Notes: generated by a model not told the origin, from the letters alone. A DNA stretch of 64,000 nt from an uncultured Nitrososphaerota archaeon (GCA_963824385.1 CAWGPD010000003.1:192001-256000); one strand, 5' to 3'; positions 19,141 to 30,547 are shown, counted from the stretch's first letter. Made by a program: numbers and translations.

Positions 19141-20142
19141 ATGCCTTCTACAGTTATCGTTGGTGGTTTTTATGGTGATGAGGGAAAAGGAAAGATCGTT
19201 TCATATCTTGCAATTAAAGACAATCCCACAGTAGCTGTTAGGGGTGGAGTGGGACCTAATGCAGGTCATACAATCGAATATGAAAACAAAAAATTCAAAG
19301 TTAGAATGTTACCAAGCGCATTTTTGAATCCTAACACGAGATTGTTAATTGGTCCAGGAGTAGTAGTAAGCCCAGAAGTGCTTTTAAAAGAGATTGAAGA
19401 GTTTGGCACTCGTGATAGAACTTTTGTAGATTTTCAATGTGGTATAATTGAAGAATCACACAGAACAACAGATTCTGGTGGCAGATTAAAACAGTCTATA
19501 GGTAGTACTGGAACTGGTACGGGACCTGCTAATGCAGATAGGGCAATGCGTACTCTAAAACTTGCAAAAGATATCGAATCTCTTACTCTGTATCTTGATG
19601 ATGTTCCTAACCAAGTAAATTTTGCATTAGATAGAAAAGAAAATGTAATTGTAGAAGGAACACAAGGAACCTATCTTTCGTTATGGCATGGAACATATCC
19701 ATTTGTTACATCAAAGGATGTTACTGCATCGGCAATATGTGCAGATGTTGGAATTGGACCCAAAAGTGTTGATGAGGTACTAGTTGTTTTCAAAGCATTT
19801 GTAACTAGAGTTGGAGAAGGTCCTCTGAAAAATGAGATCTCTCCAGAAAAGGCAGCAGCAAAAGGATGGCAAGAAGTCGGAACAGTTACTGGAAGACAAA
19901 GACGAGCTGCTGAATTTGATTTTGATCTTGCAAAGAGATCAATTATGTTAAACAGTGCATCTCAACTGGGAATTACAAAACTTGATGTAGTCTTTCCTGA
20001 ATGTGCACACATGCAATCATTTTCAGACCTGAGTTCTCCTGCCAAGTATTTTATTAAAAATATTGAAGACCAGCTCAAAGTGCCGGTCACACTGATTGGC
20101 ACTGGACCGGATGTATACGATATAATTGATAGAAGACAATAA
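19141..20142 (+). CDS. purA: Adenylosuccinate synthetase
   Basis: GDEGKGK, NAGHT, EGTQG, YPFVTS, GTVTGRQRR, TKLD. Confidence 0.97.
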   Translation: MPSTVIVGGFYGDEGKGKIVSYLAIKDNPTVAVRGGVGPNAGHTIEYENKKFKVRMLPSAFLNPNTRLLIGPGVVVSPEVLLKEIEEFGTRDRTFVDFQCGIIEESHRTTDSGGRLKQSIGSTGTGTGPANADRAMRTLKLAKDIESLTLYLDDVPNQVNFALDRKENVIVEGTQGTYLSLWHGTYPFVTSKDVTASAICADVGIGPKSVDEVLVVFKAFVTRVGEGPLKNEISPEKAAAKGWQEVGTVTGRQRRAAEFDFDLAKRSIMLNSASQLGITKLDVVFPECAHMQSFSDLSSPAKYFIKNIEDQLKVPVTLIGTGPDVYDIIDRRQ

Positions 20143-20197
20143 AGAATAGCAAATAACAAACGACTACTTTTAATGTGGATGATTTTTGAGAAATCCT

Positions 20198-20855
20198 ATG
20201 ACAAAGACTTCCATTTTACATCGAAGTCACAGATATGATAGAATTCTCCAGAATGGTTTGTGCATTGGAGAGAGTTCCACGTACTGCCTTTTCCTTTGAA
20301 CTTGATGGAAAGAGCATAATCTCAGTACAGATGGATCTTCTAAAAGAGAGATCTGTCAATTTCTATGTTCAAACTGACAAAAAAGGTCATTATCTTTCAT
20401 ATGGATTCAAAGCAGGAAAAGAAGACTATGATATAGTAAATTCTGTATCAAATCCAATGTATCTCTATTCGCCAATTGTTAAAGTCAAATCACTTCCAGA
20501 AACTCTAAAACCCGAAACTGCATCACTTCCCGAAGTTGTATACGAATCAATAGAGCTAGAAAATCTTACAAGTTTGATTAAACTAAGTTATGGATTTGAA
20601 GAATCGCCATTTCCACTCTTTGCTTTTCCAGATGGAACTAATTGGTTTGTTGGAGTATTCATGAACTTTAACGAGTCTGACGAGACTTCATATTTTTGTC
20701 ATGTTAAACTTGACTACGAACCTACAAAACCGTTTTTGAAATATTCTAGCAAAGATGGCATGGAGCCATCTTTTGTTAGTACAGTTAGTGACCACGGATA
20801 CTCGTACCTTAAAGTGATAAAACTCAAAGGTAAGCATCCTCTAGTCAAGCTATGA
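20198..20855 (+). CDS. Conserved-looking hypothetical protein; probable +1 frameshift at 20207
   Basis: ATG 20198 joins the 206-aa ORF as MTKLPFYIEVTDMIEF if A20207 is removed. Confidence 0.7.
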
Positions 20856-21602
20856 GTAATTTCAGAAAAAGAATGAAGGATTCTTCACTGAGAAGTTCCA
20901 TAATATTGGCAAATGATTCTTGATGATAGAAATATTTCAATACTTGAGAAAAAAACTATAAAAAATATCAAAACACTTGGAAAATATCTCTGTGCTATAA
21001 AATTTAATTTTCATCTATTGTTGCCACTTGGTGAAAAAAGTATGAAAAAAATAAATCAAGTTGCACACGATTTTGGATTGCAAACAATAGCTGACATAAA
21101 ACTAAATGACATTGGAAATACTAATCTCATAACTTTACAGAGGCTCTGGCAAAGTGGATTTGATGCAGTAATTGTAAATCCAATTATGGGACCTGAAAAT
21201 TTATCAGAACTTGTAAAAAATGCTCATAAAAACAATCGAGGTGTCATAACACTAGTACACATGAGTCATCCGGGAGCAAAATTGGGATATGGTCTAAGAA
21301 TCCAAGATCCAAATATTAGTAAAATGTCAAATCTTCATGAACTTTTCTTAAAATGGTCGTATTCTTTACATGTTGATGGCATTGTTGTTGGAGCAACTGT
21401 TCCAAAACTCATAGAATCATCAAGCAAAAAAGCAAAAGGAAGGTTTGAGATTTATTCACCTGGGGTTGGAACTCAAGGAGGTAATCCAAACGATGCATTG
21501 GATGCAGGTGCAAACTATTTGATTGTCGGAAGGACAATTCTTAATTCAAAAAATCCTCAACTTGAAGCACGAAAACTTCAAGAGCTAACTCTCAAATCCT
21601 AA
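20852..21602 (+). CDS. pyrF: Orotidine-5'-phosphate decarboxylase; apparent +1 frameshift at about 20917
   Basis: ADIKLNDIGNT, VVGAT, SPGVGTQGG, IVGRTI; corrected N-terminus IILANDLD. Confidence 0.95.
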
Positions 21603-22001
21603 ATCTTTGACTTTTTTAAATAATTTTTGAGCAGTCTTGTAAGTTAATTTCTTGAGGGAATCATTGAAGTTTAACCATATGTAATCACGATGCTCATATG
21701 ATAATACAACATCGTTTGTTTTTGTCCTTGCTAAAAAAAATACAACTTCCTTGTGTATCACTTCACCATCTCGCTGATAATGATATTCAACCTTGTCTTC
21801 AAATCCATTAATGAAATCAATATCGGTGATTCCTGTTTCTTCTCTTACTTCTCTGATGACCGTCTCCTTGAAAGTCTCACCTTTCTCAATATTTCCTTTG
21901 ACAAAATCCCAGTGACCTGAAGGGTAATTCAAAAGCAAATACATCTTACCAGATGGAGATTCTTGGTAAAGAATTGTGCCTGCTGATCTTTCTTCCAACA
22001 T
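21585..22001 (-). CDS. Nudix hydrolase (Ap4A hydrolase-like)
   Basis: HWDFVKGNIEKGETFKETVIREVREETG Nudix box. Confidence 0.92.
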   Translation of the reverse strand: MLEERSAGTILYQESPSGKMYLLLNYPSGHWDFVKGNIEKGETFKETVIREVREETGITDIDFINGFEDKVEYHYQRDGEVIHKEVVFFLARTKTNDVVLSYEHRDYIWLNFNDSLKKLTYKTAQKLFKKVKDLGFES

Positions 22002-22038
22002 TTACAAAATGAGTTCTAATGTCCAGTATTTCACTTTT

Positions 22039-22767
22039 CTATTTTCCTAGTCTACGACCTCTTTTTTGAAAGGTCCTTATTGCTCGCATAAGGTCGATCT
22101 TCCTAAACTCTGGCCAATAAATGTCCATGAAAACAAGTTCACTATAGGCACTTTGCCAAAGTAAAAAACCACTCAATCGTTTCTCACCAGACGTTCTCAA
22201 TATCATATCAGGTGATGATTGAGGTAGGTGCGAAGTATACAAGCTGGATTCTATTACATCCTTGTCTATTTGATTTACATCTAGAGAACCATCTCTGATC
22301 CTCGAACCAATCTTTTTGATTGCATCAACGAGTTCATTTTGTCCCCCATAAGTTATCGCGATATTCAAGTAATGATTGTCATAGTCTTTTGTAGCATCTT
22401 CAAGTTTATTGAGAACGTCTCTTAGAAAATCTGGCAACAACTCTACACTGCCTATGGCCTTTACCTTCATGCGATTCCTGTGTATTCTAGGATCATTGTA
22501 TAACTTGAGTAATCGTTCATTAATCAAATCATAAAGATAGTCCAATTCTTCATCTTGTCTGCTAAGATTTTCTGATGACAGTACATACAATGTAATTATT
22601 TTGATATTTAGCTCCTCACACCAGTCTAGCAATTTTTCTACAGCGTCTGCACCTCTAAAGTGACCCTCTAACTTCATTATCAGATTACGTTTTGCCCATC
22701 TTCTATTTCCATCAAGAATTATAGCAATGTGATTTGGCATCTCTCCACTATGGATGTCCTTTTCCAA
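22039..22767 (-). CDS. uppS: cis-Prenyltransferase (polyprenyl diphosphate synthase); frame stays open about 20 codons upstream
   Basis: HIAIILDGNRRWA, SSENL, RTSGEKRLSGFLLWQSAYSE. Confidence 0.95.
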   Translation of the reverse strand: MEKDIHSGEMPNHIAIILDGNRRWAKRNLIMKLEGHFRGADAVEKLLDWCEELNIKIITLYVLSSENLSRQDEELDYLYDLINERLLKLYNDPRIHRNRMKVKAIGSVELLPDFLRDVLNKLEDATKDYDNHYLNIAITYGGQNELVDAIKKIGSRIRDGSLDVNQIDKDVIESSLYTSHLPQSSPDMILRTSGEKRLSGFLLWQSAYSELVFMDIYWPEFRKIDLMRAIRTFQKRGRRLGK

Positions 22768-22817
22768 TTTCTTAGAGTATAGGCTGTAAAAACCTCCTAA
22801 ATTGAGAACTTTATCTT

Positions 22818-23964
22818 TTATTCTGATAATGCTTCACCACCCTTCTTTTTTCTATATTTACGGAAGAGTAGAGATGCAGATATCAGTATTACTGCAAGAC
22901 CAAGTAACAACGGAGGAATTAGAGTAAATGGACTCTCTCCTTTTATCATGATTGTAGCAAACTGGGAAACAATTGGATAGAGTGTAACTAATACAATCAA
23001 TCTTAGAATATCTGTAATTGATCTAATACTTCCCTTGAACCAACTACTTAGCAGTGAACCTCCGAAGATGCATCCAATTCCCATCCAAAGAAATGGTAAC
23101 ATTCCAGAAATAAAGAGACCAGTTGTTTGTTGATTCAAAACTACTTTTAATATGGTATCTGGTTTTGCAGTAATGCCAGGCACTGCATTACTAAGACCAG
23201 ATGTTAACGATGCAAGAATCATAACAATTCCTGCTACTAGTGTAAACGTTCGTATGAATCCACCAGGTGTTGGCTTGTTCCAATTAGTCCAAGCTCTGTC
23301 TATATCAAAAGCTCTGATTAGAAATGCTCCGCCAAGAATACTAACTAGAACTGCAAATATTTGTGTAGTTAGCCCAAGGACAGTACCTATTCCGCCTATT
23401 AGTAAAAGCATTCCGGGAACACCCAAAAAGAATTTTGAATATTTTGAATCAAAAGCAATAGTTTTGAGATATCTTCCAAGCACTGCATACGAGTATTCAA
23501 CTGTTCTACTTACTCGCATTACTACTCTTTTTACAGAAATAATTGGTAATACATTCTGAATTATTGGTATGACGCTTTCATCATCTTCACCATCAGATAC
23601 TATTACAGCTCCGTTTGCTGCAAATTTTGTAGCTAGTGTCTTTACTTGAGAGATAATTTTCTCATCTCCCTGCACACCTTTATTCTGGGTACCTGCAACT
23701 ATTGCAACCTCTGCTTGGTATCCCTTGCTTATCAAATCTTCAAATGTTTTAACAGCTGCAAAAATTGAATTCGAATCTGCATCTTCTGGATCTTCTAATG
23801 CCAGTCTCTGAGCTGCATCTATACATGCATTGCGTCCAATTACTGGTGTAACAACACCTGCTTTAACTCCAATATCATCATCTCTATCAACACAAATCAC
23901 TAACAGTCTACTAGTCTTAGTCTCAGTTGTTTCATTTTGGATACTGAGCTTCTTTTACTGACAT
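22818..23964 (-). CDS. DUF373-family membrane protein; apparent +1 frameshift at about 23943
   Basis: ICVDRDDDIG, DPEDADSN, SDGEDDE plus TM helices; ATG 23964 joins as MSVKEAQIQNE. Confidence 0.85.
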
Positions 23965-24054
23965 GGTATAGACGAAAATCTCATTTCCTATTAATTAATG
24001 TAGTTTCTATATAGTTTTACAAACGCTTTAAGAAATTCAACTCAAATTTTGATT

Positions 24055-24555
24055 CTATCCAGGTCGGGTTTGATCAGACTTGGTTGCTAGCGCATCTGAT
24101 TCATTCTTGAGAGCATCTAACTTTGACATCTCATCATTTAGATCACTTGTAGATATTCCATTTTTTACCTTGTTTGCAAGTGATATTGTCTCAGAAAGAT
24201 AATCATTGTACTTTTTGAGGGATTCAAAATAAGCCCCATAGCTTTGTTGCCATTCAGTAGGAGCATTGCTTTCTACTAGTTCACTAATCAGTGAGGTGAC
24301 CTGAGAAGATGATATCTGAGTTTGATTGATAAATTCATCTGGAGACATACTCTTGTCTAATAATCCTTTGATGTTGGATTCGATTGTAGTAGTAATGAGC
24401 GAATGTCTCTCTTTTACACTATCCAGCTCGTTTTTAAAATCTGAGACAACAACAGGAGAACTGTGATTTTGTGGGAGAATCCATACTATAAAACTTGCAC
24501 CAGAAATAGCTGCCAGCATTGCTACGGTAATAATGATGCCTTTCTTAGATGCCAT
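24055..24555 (-). CDS. Membrane-anchored or secreted helical-bundle protein
   Basis: KK followed by a hydrophobic N-terminus, then amphipathic helices. Confidence 0.8.
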   Translation of the reverse strand: MASKKGIIITVAMLAAISGASFIVWILPQNHSSPVVVSDFKNELDSVKERHSLITTTIESNIKGLLDKSMSPDEFINQTQISSSQVTSLISELVESNAPTEWQQSYGAYFESLKKYNDYLSETISLANKVKNGISTSDLNDEMSKLDALKNESDALATKSDQTRPG

Positions 24556-24810
24556 TCAAGTGAGTCTCTTAGGGCGCTTTTAAAAGCATAACTGCATTTC
24601 AACAATTTGATTATTCTAATGGCCAATTTGTTAATTTCGTCGTGTTAGATCATTTCCTCACAAGAAATATGAAAAAAATATGCATTTTTATGAAAATTCT
24701 AGATCTATGATCTGAATTAGGCCATGTAAAAATTTAACTCCCTCTAGGCGTATAGTGAAATAATTTTTACTGAATCTTGCTATATACCACTTCATTCGTA
24801 AGATGTTGAA

Positions 24811-24954
24811 ATGACTCAAGCATACTGCGTAAAATGCAGAAAAAAAGTCGACATCACAAATCCAAAGGAAGTTAAGTCAAAGAACGGACGACCTGCGGTA
24901 AAGGGCACTTGCCCTAAATGTAGTACTAATGTATTCCGCATAGGAAAGCCTTAG
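24811..24954 (+). CDS. Small basic zinc-ribbon protein (DUF5679-like), 47 aa
   Basis: MTQAYCVKCRKK..KNGRPAVKGTCPKCSTNVFRIG; TATATA about 25 nt upstream; not in the ORF track. Confidence 0.85.
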   Translation: MTQAYCVKCRKKVDITNPKEVKSKNGRPAVKGTCPKCSTNVFRIGKP

Positions 24955-25015
24955 TACCATTTTCTTCTTTTTCTAGAGTAAATCAATATAGGTAGCGATT
25001 CTATAACTGATATAG

Positions 25016-25438
25016 TTGACAAAGGCAGAATATGAAAAATTATTAAAGGGAATACAAGATAAAGTATCTCAGATTCAGGCAGGTTCTACATCAAGATTTG
25101 AACTTCCTAAAGTGGATATAATGTGGCAGGGAAACAGAACATTTTTCAGAAACTTTTCAGAATTCCCAAAAATATTGCGAAGAGATCCAGAGAAACTTCT
25201 CCAGTATTTATCAAAGGAATTTGCAACTCCGGCACAATTTGGAGGTGACAAGGCAGTATTTGTAGGGAAGAAAGACCCTCATGAATTTACAATTCGTTTG
25301 AATAGATATCTTAAGGAATATGTGGAATGCCCAACCTGTAAGAGTCCTGATACTAGGGTTGAAAAGGAACATAGGGTAACTTCTCTCAAATGTGAAGCCT
25401 GCGGAGCAAAATCTCCTCTAAAGGGCCAATATGCGTAA
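25016..25438 (+). CDS. eif2b: Translation initiation factor 2 beta subunit
   Basis: YVECPTCKSPDT..CEACGA. Confidence 0.95.
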   Translation: MTKAEYEKLLKGIQDKVSQIQAGSTSRFELPKVDIMWQGNRTFFRNFSEFPKILRRDPEKLLQYLSKEFATPAQFGGDKAVFVGKKDPHEFTIRLNRYLKEYVECPTCKSPDTRVEKEHRVTSLKCEACGAKSPLKGQYA

Positions 25439-25735
25439 ATGAATTTTGCAGTAAGAGTAGTGAATCAGCAAAGAAATAGGATGTTGAACATGTGCGATGC
25501 CGAATTAGTTGGCAGAACACTCAAACAATCTGATTTGGAGGTAAAAATCTCAAAGAGTGACTATGGAGACAGAGTGGTTGATGAAAAAGAGGCAGAATCT
25601 CTTCTAAAAAGTTCTTCAATAATTAACATGGCTGGTAGAAAAACAATTGATCTATCAATAAAGATTGGAGTGGGAACCGCAAAAGGTGTAAAAGAAATTG
25701 AAGGAATTCCATTTCTTATTATTTTCAAATTTTGA
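25439..25735 (+). CDS. DUF424-family protein
   Basis: CDAELVG..YG..IIN..G..IEGIP; usual position between aIF2-beta and aIF1A. Confidence 0.85.
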   Translation: MNFAVRVVNQQRNRMLNMCDAELVGRTLKQSDLEVKISKSDYGDRVVDEKEAESLLKSSSIINMAGRKTIDLSIKIGVGTAKGVKEIEGIPFLIIFKF

Positions 25736-25782
25736 AAATACAACGAATATATACATACTGAACACTCTGTTGTCTGAGAATT

Positions 25783-26094
25783 TTGGGTAAGCGAAAAGTA
25801 CTAAACGAAAGTGAGTTAAAAGAAATGTATTTGCCTGGAGAAGGTGAGCTGTTAGGTAGAGTTGTAAAACTTTTGGGCAGTGATCATATACTGGTTAGAT
25901 GTACGGATGACAAGACCAGAATGGGTAGAATTAGGGGAAAACTAAAAAGAAAAATTTGGATTAGAGATAACGATGTTGTAACAATTGCCCCTTGGGATTT
26001 CAGAGCAGAGGATCGTGGTGATATTACTTGGAGATATACGCTCTCACAAGTTGATATACTAAAACAAAAAGGGCTTTTGCCACAAGATTTCTAA
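25783..26094 (+). CDS. eif1a: Translation initiation factor 1A
   Basis: RIRGKLKRKIWIRDNDVV..PWDF..RGDITWRY. Confidence 0.96.
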   Translation: MGKRKVLNESELKEMYLPGEGELLGRVVKLLGSDHILVRCTDDKTRMGRIRGKLKRKIWIRDNDVVTIAPWDFRAEDRGDITWRYTLSQVDILKQKGLLPQDF

Positions 26095-26154
26095 TAGTAA
26101 TAGATTTTACAAAGTTTGTTTTACAATTAATGTTGTCTATAGGAGCAAAATAAA

Positions 26155-27072
26155 ATGAATAAAGAATCTATAGATGAATTTGATGATGAAATAATTGAGG
26201 AAGAAAATAACCTGAAGATTGTAGAAGAAAGTGATCTAGATTCACCAGAAACAACAAGTGATATTGAAGAAGATTCTAGCAGTGAAGATTCTGATTTAGG
26301 ACTCCAAGACAAATTGGCAAGAAAGATGAATCTTAAACTTGCTGGTAAGGCAAGGGGGAGAAAAACAGGGAAGGACATATTTGACAAAGACAAAGTGCTC
26401 GAAGCAGTCTTTGACAAATCTACTGTGATGACTCTCTCACGGCTGATAAATAATGGCATTATTTCTTACGTCAATGGCGCAGTTGGTGCTGGAAAAGAGT
26501 CTCAACTATACTGGGGAGTTGACCCATTTGGTAATGATCTTGCAGTAAAAATTTATCTCGTAACAACATCGAACTTTAAAAAGCGATATCCTTACCTTAT
26601 TGGAGATCCTAGGTTTACACGAATAAAAAGCGGTACTAGATCTCTTGTAGAGTTGTGGGCAAGAAAAGAATTTCGAAATTTGAGCAAGGCGTTTAACTGT
26701 GAAATTCTATGTCCCGAACCAATAACTGTAGTAAAAAATATTCTGGTAATGAAATTTGTAGGAACGGGTGGTGTTCCATCTCCGACATTGGTTGAATCAG
26801 AAGTAGATTATGCTGATTATGAAAAGTCGATAACAATTATTTCTGATCTCTATCAAAAAGCCGAACTTGTTCATGCAGATCTTTCAGAGTATAATCTTTT
26901 CAAAACAAAAGAAGGGCCGGTAGTTTTTGATTTTGGCTCTGCGGTAGATATAAGACATCCTAAAACCAAAGAATTTCTTGAAAGAGATATTAGTAATATT
27001 ACTAGATTCTTTGTTAAGAGAGGACTAACGGTGGACAATCCAATTGATGTGTTTAAGAGGGTTACAAAATGA
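26155..27072 (+). CDS. rio1: RIO1 serine/threonine kinase with acidic N-terminal extension
   Basis: GKES, AVKIY, WARKEFRNL, LVHADLSEYN, DFGSAV. Confidence 0.95.
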   Translation: MNKESIDEFDDEIIEEENNLKIVEESDLDSPETTSDIEEDSSSEDSDLGLQDKLARKMNLKLAGKARGRKTGKDIFDKDKVLEAVFDKSTVMTLSRLINNGIISYVNGAVGAGKESQLYWGVDPFGNDLAVKIYLVTTSNFKKRYPYLIGDPRFTRIKSGTRSLVELWARKEFRNLSKAFNCEILCPEPITVVKNILVMKFVGTGGVPSPTLVESEVDYADYEKSITIISDLYQKAELVHADLSEYNLFKTKEGPVVFDFGSAVDIRHPKTKEFLERDISNITRFFVKRGLTVDNPIDVFKRVTK

Positions 27073-27641
27073 TCTTTGAGAAAATTATACTAATCCCAGT
27101 TGATCGAGTTGGAGTATTGATTGGAAAATCAGGAAAGATAAAAGCCAAGATAGAAAAAATTTGTTCTGTTTCATTATCAGTGGATGGTCAAACAGGCGAG
27201 ACAGTCATAAAGGGAGTGGGAGATGTTGAAAATGTAATGCCGTTTAAGGCCGAAGAAATTGTGATGGCCATAGGTCGTGGATTCTCTGCAGAGAATGCAC
27301 TACGTCTTGTCCAAGAAGAGACTTCTCTACATGTAATGGATTTACGTCAATTTGTAGGAAAATCTCCTGCTCAAATTGAGCGTATAAAGAGTCGAATAAT
27401 AGGAGAAGGTGGACGAGTTAGAAAAAATATCGAGGACTTGAGTGGTGCAAAAGTATCTGTTTATGGTAGAACCGTTGCTTTGATTGGGGATGGAACTCAA
27501 CTAAAATCTGCTGTAAATGCAATAACATCTATTTCTAGTGGTAGCACTCATGGCAAAGTTTACAATGATCTTCAAGAATCAAGGAGAAGACAAAAACTAG
27601 AGAGACTTCAACTTTGGGAAGGAGGAAATATCCTTGAGTAA
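27069..27641 (+). CDS. KH-domain ribosome biogenesis protein (Dim2/Pno1/Krr1-like)
   Basis: LIGKSG and IIGEGG KH loops, AIGRGFS, GSTHGKVY. Confidence 0.92.
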   Translation: MIFEKIILIPVDRVGVLIGKSGKIKAKIEKICSVSLSVDGQTGETVIKGVGDVENVMPFKAEEIVMAIGRGFSAENALRLVQEETSLHVMDLRQFVGKSPAQIERIKSRIIGEGGRVRKNIEDLSGAKVSVYGRTVALIGDGTQLKSAVNAITSISSGSTHGKVYNDLQESRRRQKLERLQLWEGGNILE

Positions 27642-29466
27642 AGAAGTCTTCAGCCAAATATCTCCAAGTGAATTCTTTTATAGAAATAGAGATCTTGCAG
27701 GATTTAGTAATCCAACTAGATCACTTTACACATCTGTTAGAGAATTTGTAGAAAATGCACTTGACGCATGTGATCAAAAGAAGATACTTCCAGACATTCA
27801 TCTTTCAATAAAAGCAGTAGATGCAGAAAAACCAGATCCAAAACATTATGTTTTAACTGTGAAAGATAACGGTCCAGGTATTGAACCTGAACACATCCCA
27901 CTTGCTTTTGGTACAGTTCTTTATGGTTCTAAATTTGGTCTTAAGCAGACTAGGGGTATGTTTGGTCTTGGAGTTACAATGGCTATTCTCTATGGTCAGA
28001 TTACTACAAACAAACCAGTCACTGTAAAGAGCTGCTCAGATGGTAAAACACTTGATGAATTTGTAATGTTACTTGACATTCAGAAAAACAAACCTGTAAT
28101 TCTAAAACATACAACAAAAGAGGGATCTAAGACAGGTCTTGCAGTAAGTATTGTTCTTGAAGGAGATTATTCAAAAGCAGGTTCCAAAGTCCGTGATTAT
28201 GTATCTCAGACTTCTCTGATTACTCCATATGCGTCAATAACATTTGAAGATCCAAGTGGTGAAAAATTCCACTATCCGCGAATTGTTAAGGACATGCCTC
28301 GTCCACCTACTGTCATCAAACCTCATCCTCACGGTATTGATGTTGAGACTATCCGAAGAATGATCACAGATACACATTATCAGATTCCAACCATTGACAA
28401 CAAGATGATTGATAAAGTCAAAAAAGAACTGGGTTTAAAGAAAAACCTCTCTCCAAATGAGATTTTAGAAAAAGCACAAAAACGCTGGTCTGATATCTCA
28501 AAGCCTGTAAGAACCGTGATTTCGGTAATGTCTTTTCTAAATATTGATTTTGAAGGATTGAAAAAAATCCGAATCGACGATATTGATATTGCCAATAAAA
28601 CTATTACATACTGGGACTTTGGCGAGTCTCAATCACATGCAATAGAATTAGACAGAGAGAGCCCATATTACAAGCAACTTGCAAGTACCGTCCAGGGAGA
28701 TACCCTTCTCACCTTTTTGACCAAGCGATTCCAAAGGGTTGGACCTACCACCGCAGAAAAGTTCTGTGATTTTGCCAAATTCAAGCCCGATAAAAGAATA
28801 GGTAGTATGACAAATGAAGAATTAGTAAAACTGGCTGATGCACTCCAAAAATTTGAAGAGTTCCTTGCTCCAGATCCAAGTTGCTTGGCGCCCTTAGGAG
28901 AGGAACCTCTTTCTAAAGGAATAATGAAATTTTTCAACCCGGAATTTGCAGCTGTCTGGCAACGTAACGCATCAGCATATTCTGGATTTCCATTTGTTGT
29001 AGAGATGGGTATTGCTTATGGGGGTGATATTCCACCATCTGGTCTCAAAGTTTATCGTTTTGCTAATCGTATACCGCTTCTATATGATGAAGGAAGTGAT
29101 GTAGTCCTCAAAATAGTAAATGAGACTGAATGGGCTAGATACAAAATAAAGGGAGATCCTCCTCTTGTGATAGTATCTCATATCTGTTCCACAAGAATTC
29201 CGTACAAAACCGTAGGAAAAGAAAACGTAGCAGATAGGCCTGAGCTTGAAAGGGAATTAAAAAATGCATTACAATATCTTGCAAGAAAATTGGCTGTTCA
29301 TATGTCTAGACAAGGAGCAGCTGATATGGCAAAAAAGAGAGCAAATCTTTACTCAAAATATGTACCACTAATTGCACAATTTGCAACAGAACTTGCTGGT
29401 AAGAAAAAAGAACCAAATTATAATCAACTGATAAGGATGGGAAGTGAGATTGAAGAACAAGTCTAG
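27634..29466 (+). CDS. top6B: DNA topoisomerase VI subunit B
   Basis: EFVENALDA, DNGPGI, LYGSKF, RGMFGLG, RFANRIPLLY. Confidence 0.97.
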   Translation: MSKEVFSQISPSEFFYRNRDLAGFSNPTRSLYTSVREFVENALDACDQKKILPDIHLSIKAVDAEKPDPKHYVLTVKDNGPGIEPEHIPLAFGTVLYGSKFGLKQTRGMFGLGVTMAILYGQITTNKPVTVKSCSDGKTLDEFVMLLDIQKNKPVILKHTTKEGSKTGLAVSIVLEGDYSKAGSKVRDYVSQTSLITPYASITFEDPSGEKFHYPRIVKDMPRPPTVIKPHPHGIDVETIRRMITDTHYQIPTIDNKMIDKVKKELGLKKNLSPNEILEKAQKRWSDISKPVRTVISVMSFLNIDFEGLKKIRIDDIDIANKTITYWDFGESQSHAIELDRESPYYKQLASTVQGDTLLTFLTKRFQRVGPTTAEKFCDFAKFKPDKRIGSMTNEELVKLADALQKFEEFLAPDPSCLAPLGEEPLSKGIMKFFNPEFAAVWQRNASAYSGFPFVVEMGIAYGGDIPPSGLKVYRFANRIPLLYDEGSDVVLKIVNETEWARYKIKGDPPLVIVSHICSTRIPYKTVGKENVADRPELERELKNALQYLARKLAVHMSRQGAADMAKKRANLYSKYVPLIAQFATELAGKKKEPNYNQLIRMGSEIEEQV

Positions 29467-30547
29467 TGCAAAGACTGCAGAAACAAGAAAAAAGAGATTG
29501 TTGTCTTTATTGGAACAACAAGGTATTAACATCTACGATAGTCTTGACAAAGGAAAATTTCCACAATTTGTAATTCCGAGTAGATCAGTAAGCAATATTG
29601 TTTATGATAAAAAAATAAGACAATACATTTTGGGTAGCGCAAGTGCTGTTCGTAGTTCAAGAAACATGTCACAATTACGTTCCTATACACAGCTTGCATG
29701 GCTTGCTTTCTTTGTCAATAGGTTGGTTAGAGAAGGAAAGTCATCTACATTAAGAGACATTTATTATTCTTCACAGGCGTTTAGTATTGATTTTGAAGAT
29801 CAGCCCGAGTCTGATAATATTATAGTAGACTTGGAAGCAGTACTTACAAGTCCTCGTGAAGAATTTCATATATTTCCTGAGGAAAGAAGTAGTGTCTTTG
29901 GAGACTTGACAATTGAATATACTGTTCCAGGTTATGAAGGAAAGAGAATGAATCTCTCAGATCATCCTGACGGATATCTAATAGGTCCAAGTTTAAGCAG
30001 TGCAGAGCTTGTTGATACTAGTGCAGAACTTGTTATTGCCATAGAAAAGGGTGGTCTTTTTACAAGGTTTGTTGAAGAAAAAGTTCATAAAAAATTTAAA
30101 TCTATAATTGTTGATACGGCAGGTCAAGCTCCTAGGTCAACAAGAAATCTACTGAGACGACTGAACACCGAAATGGGTTTGCCTGTAGTTATTCTAGCAG
30201 ATGGTGATGTGTATGGCGAACACATTGCAATGGTGATAAAATCCGGTTCTGCAAATGCAGCTCATTTGAGAGAATTGACAGTACCTGATGCAAAATGGTT
30301 AGGTGTTTGGGCAACTGATATTGAAAAATATAAACTACCGACAATTCCTATGACGGAATCTGACATAAAGAGAATTTATGACCTTCAAAAAGATCCTAGA
30401 TATCAAGAAGGAAATTGGAAGAAACAATTAGAAGTGTTTCTCAAGTTAAAAAGAAAGGCAGAACTTGAGGCATTCTCAAAGTACGGTCTTACCAATATTA
30501 CAGACAAGTATCTACCAGCAAAACTAGAAGAATCAAAGAGTTTCTAA
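29444..30547 (+). CDS. top6A: DNA topoisomerase VI subunit A
   Basis: STLRDIYY (catalytic Tyr), AIEKGG, DGDVYG, KAELEA. Confidence 0.97.
   Translation: MRLKNKSSAKTAETRKKRLLSLLEQQGINIYDSLDKGKFPQFVIPSRSVSNIVYDKKIRQYILGSASAVRSSRNMSQLRSYTQLAWLAFFVNRLVREGKSSTLRDIYYSSQAFSIDFEDQPESDNIIVDLEAVLTSPREEFHIFPEERSSVFGDLTIEYTVPGYEGKRMNLSDHPDGYLIGPSLSSAELVDTSAELVIAIEKGGLFTRFVEEKVHKKFKSIIVDTAGQAPRSTRNLLRRLNTEMGLPVVILADGDVYGEHIAMVIKSGSANAAHLRELTVPDAKWLGVWATDIEKYKLPTIPMTESDIKRIYDLQKDPRYQEGNWKKQLEVFLKLKRKAELEAFSKYGLTNITDKYLPAKLEESKSF

Noticed and set aside
22768..22835. Non-canonical (ATT/ATA) start for uppS
   Set aside because: The frame is open and protein-like upstream of TTG 22767, but with this error rate a miscalled start codon cannot be excluded.
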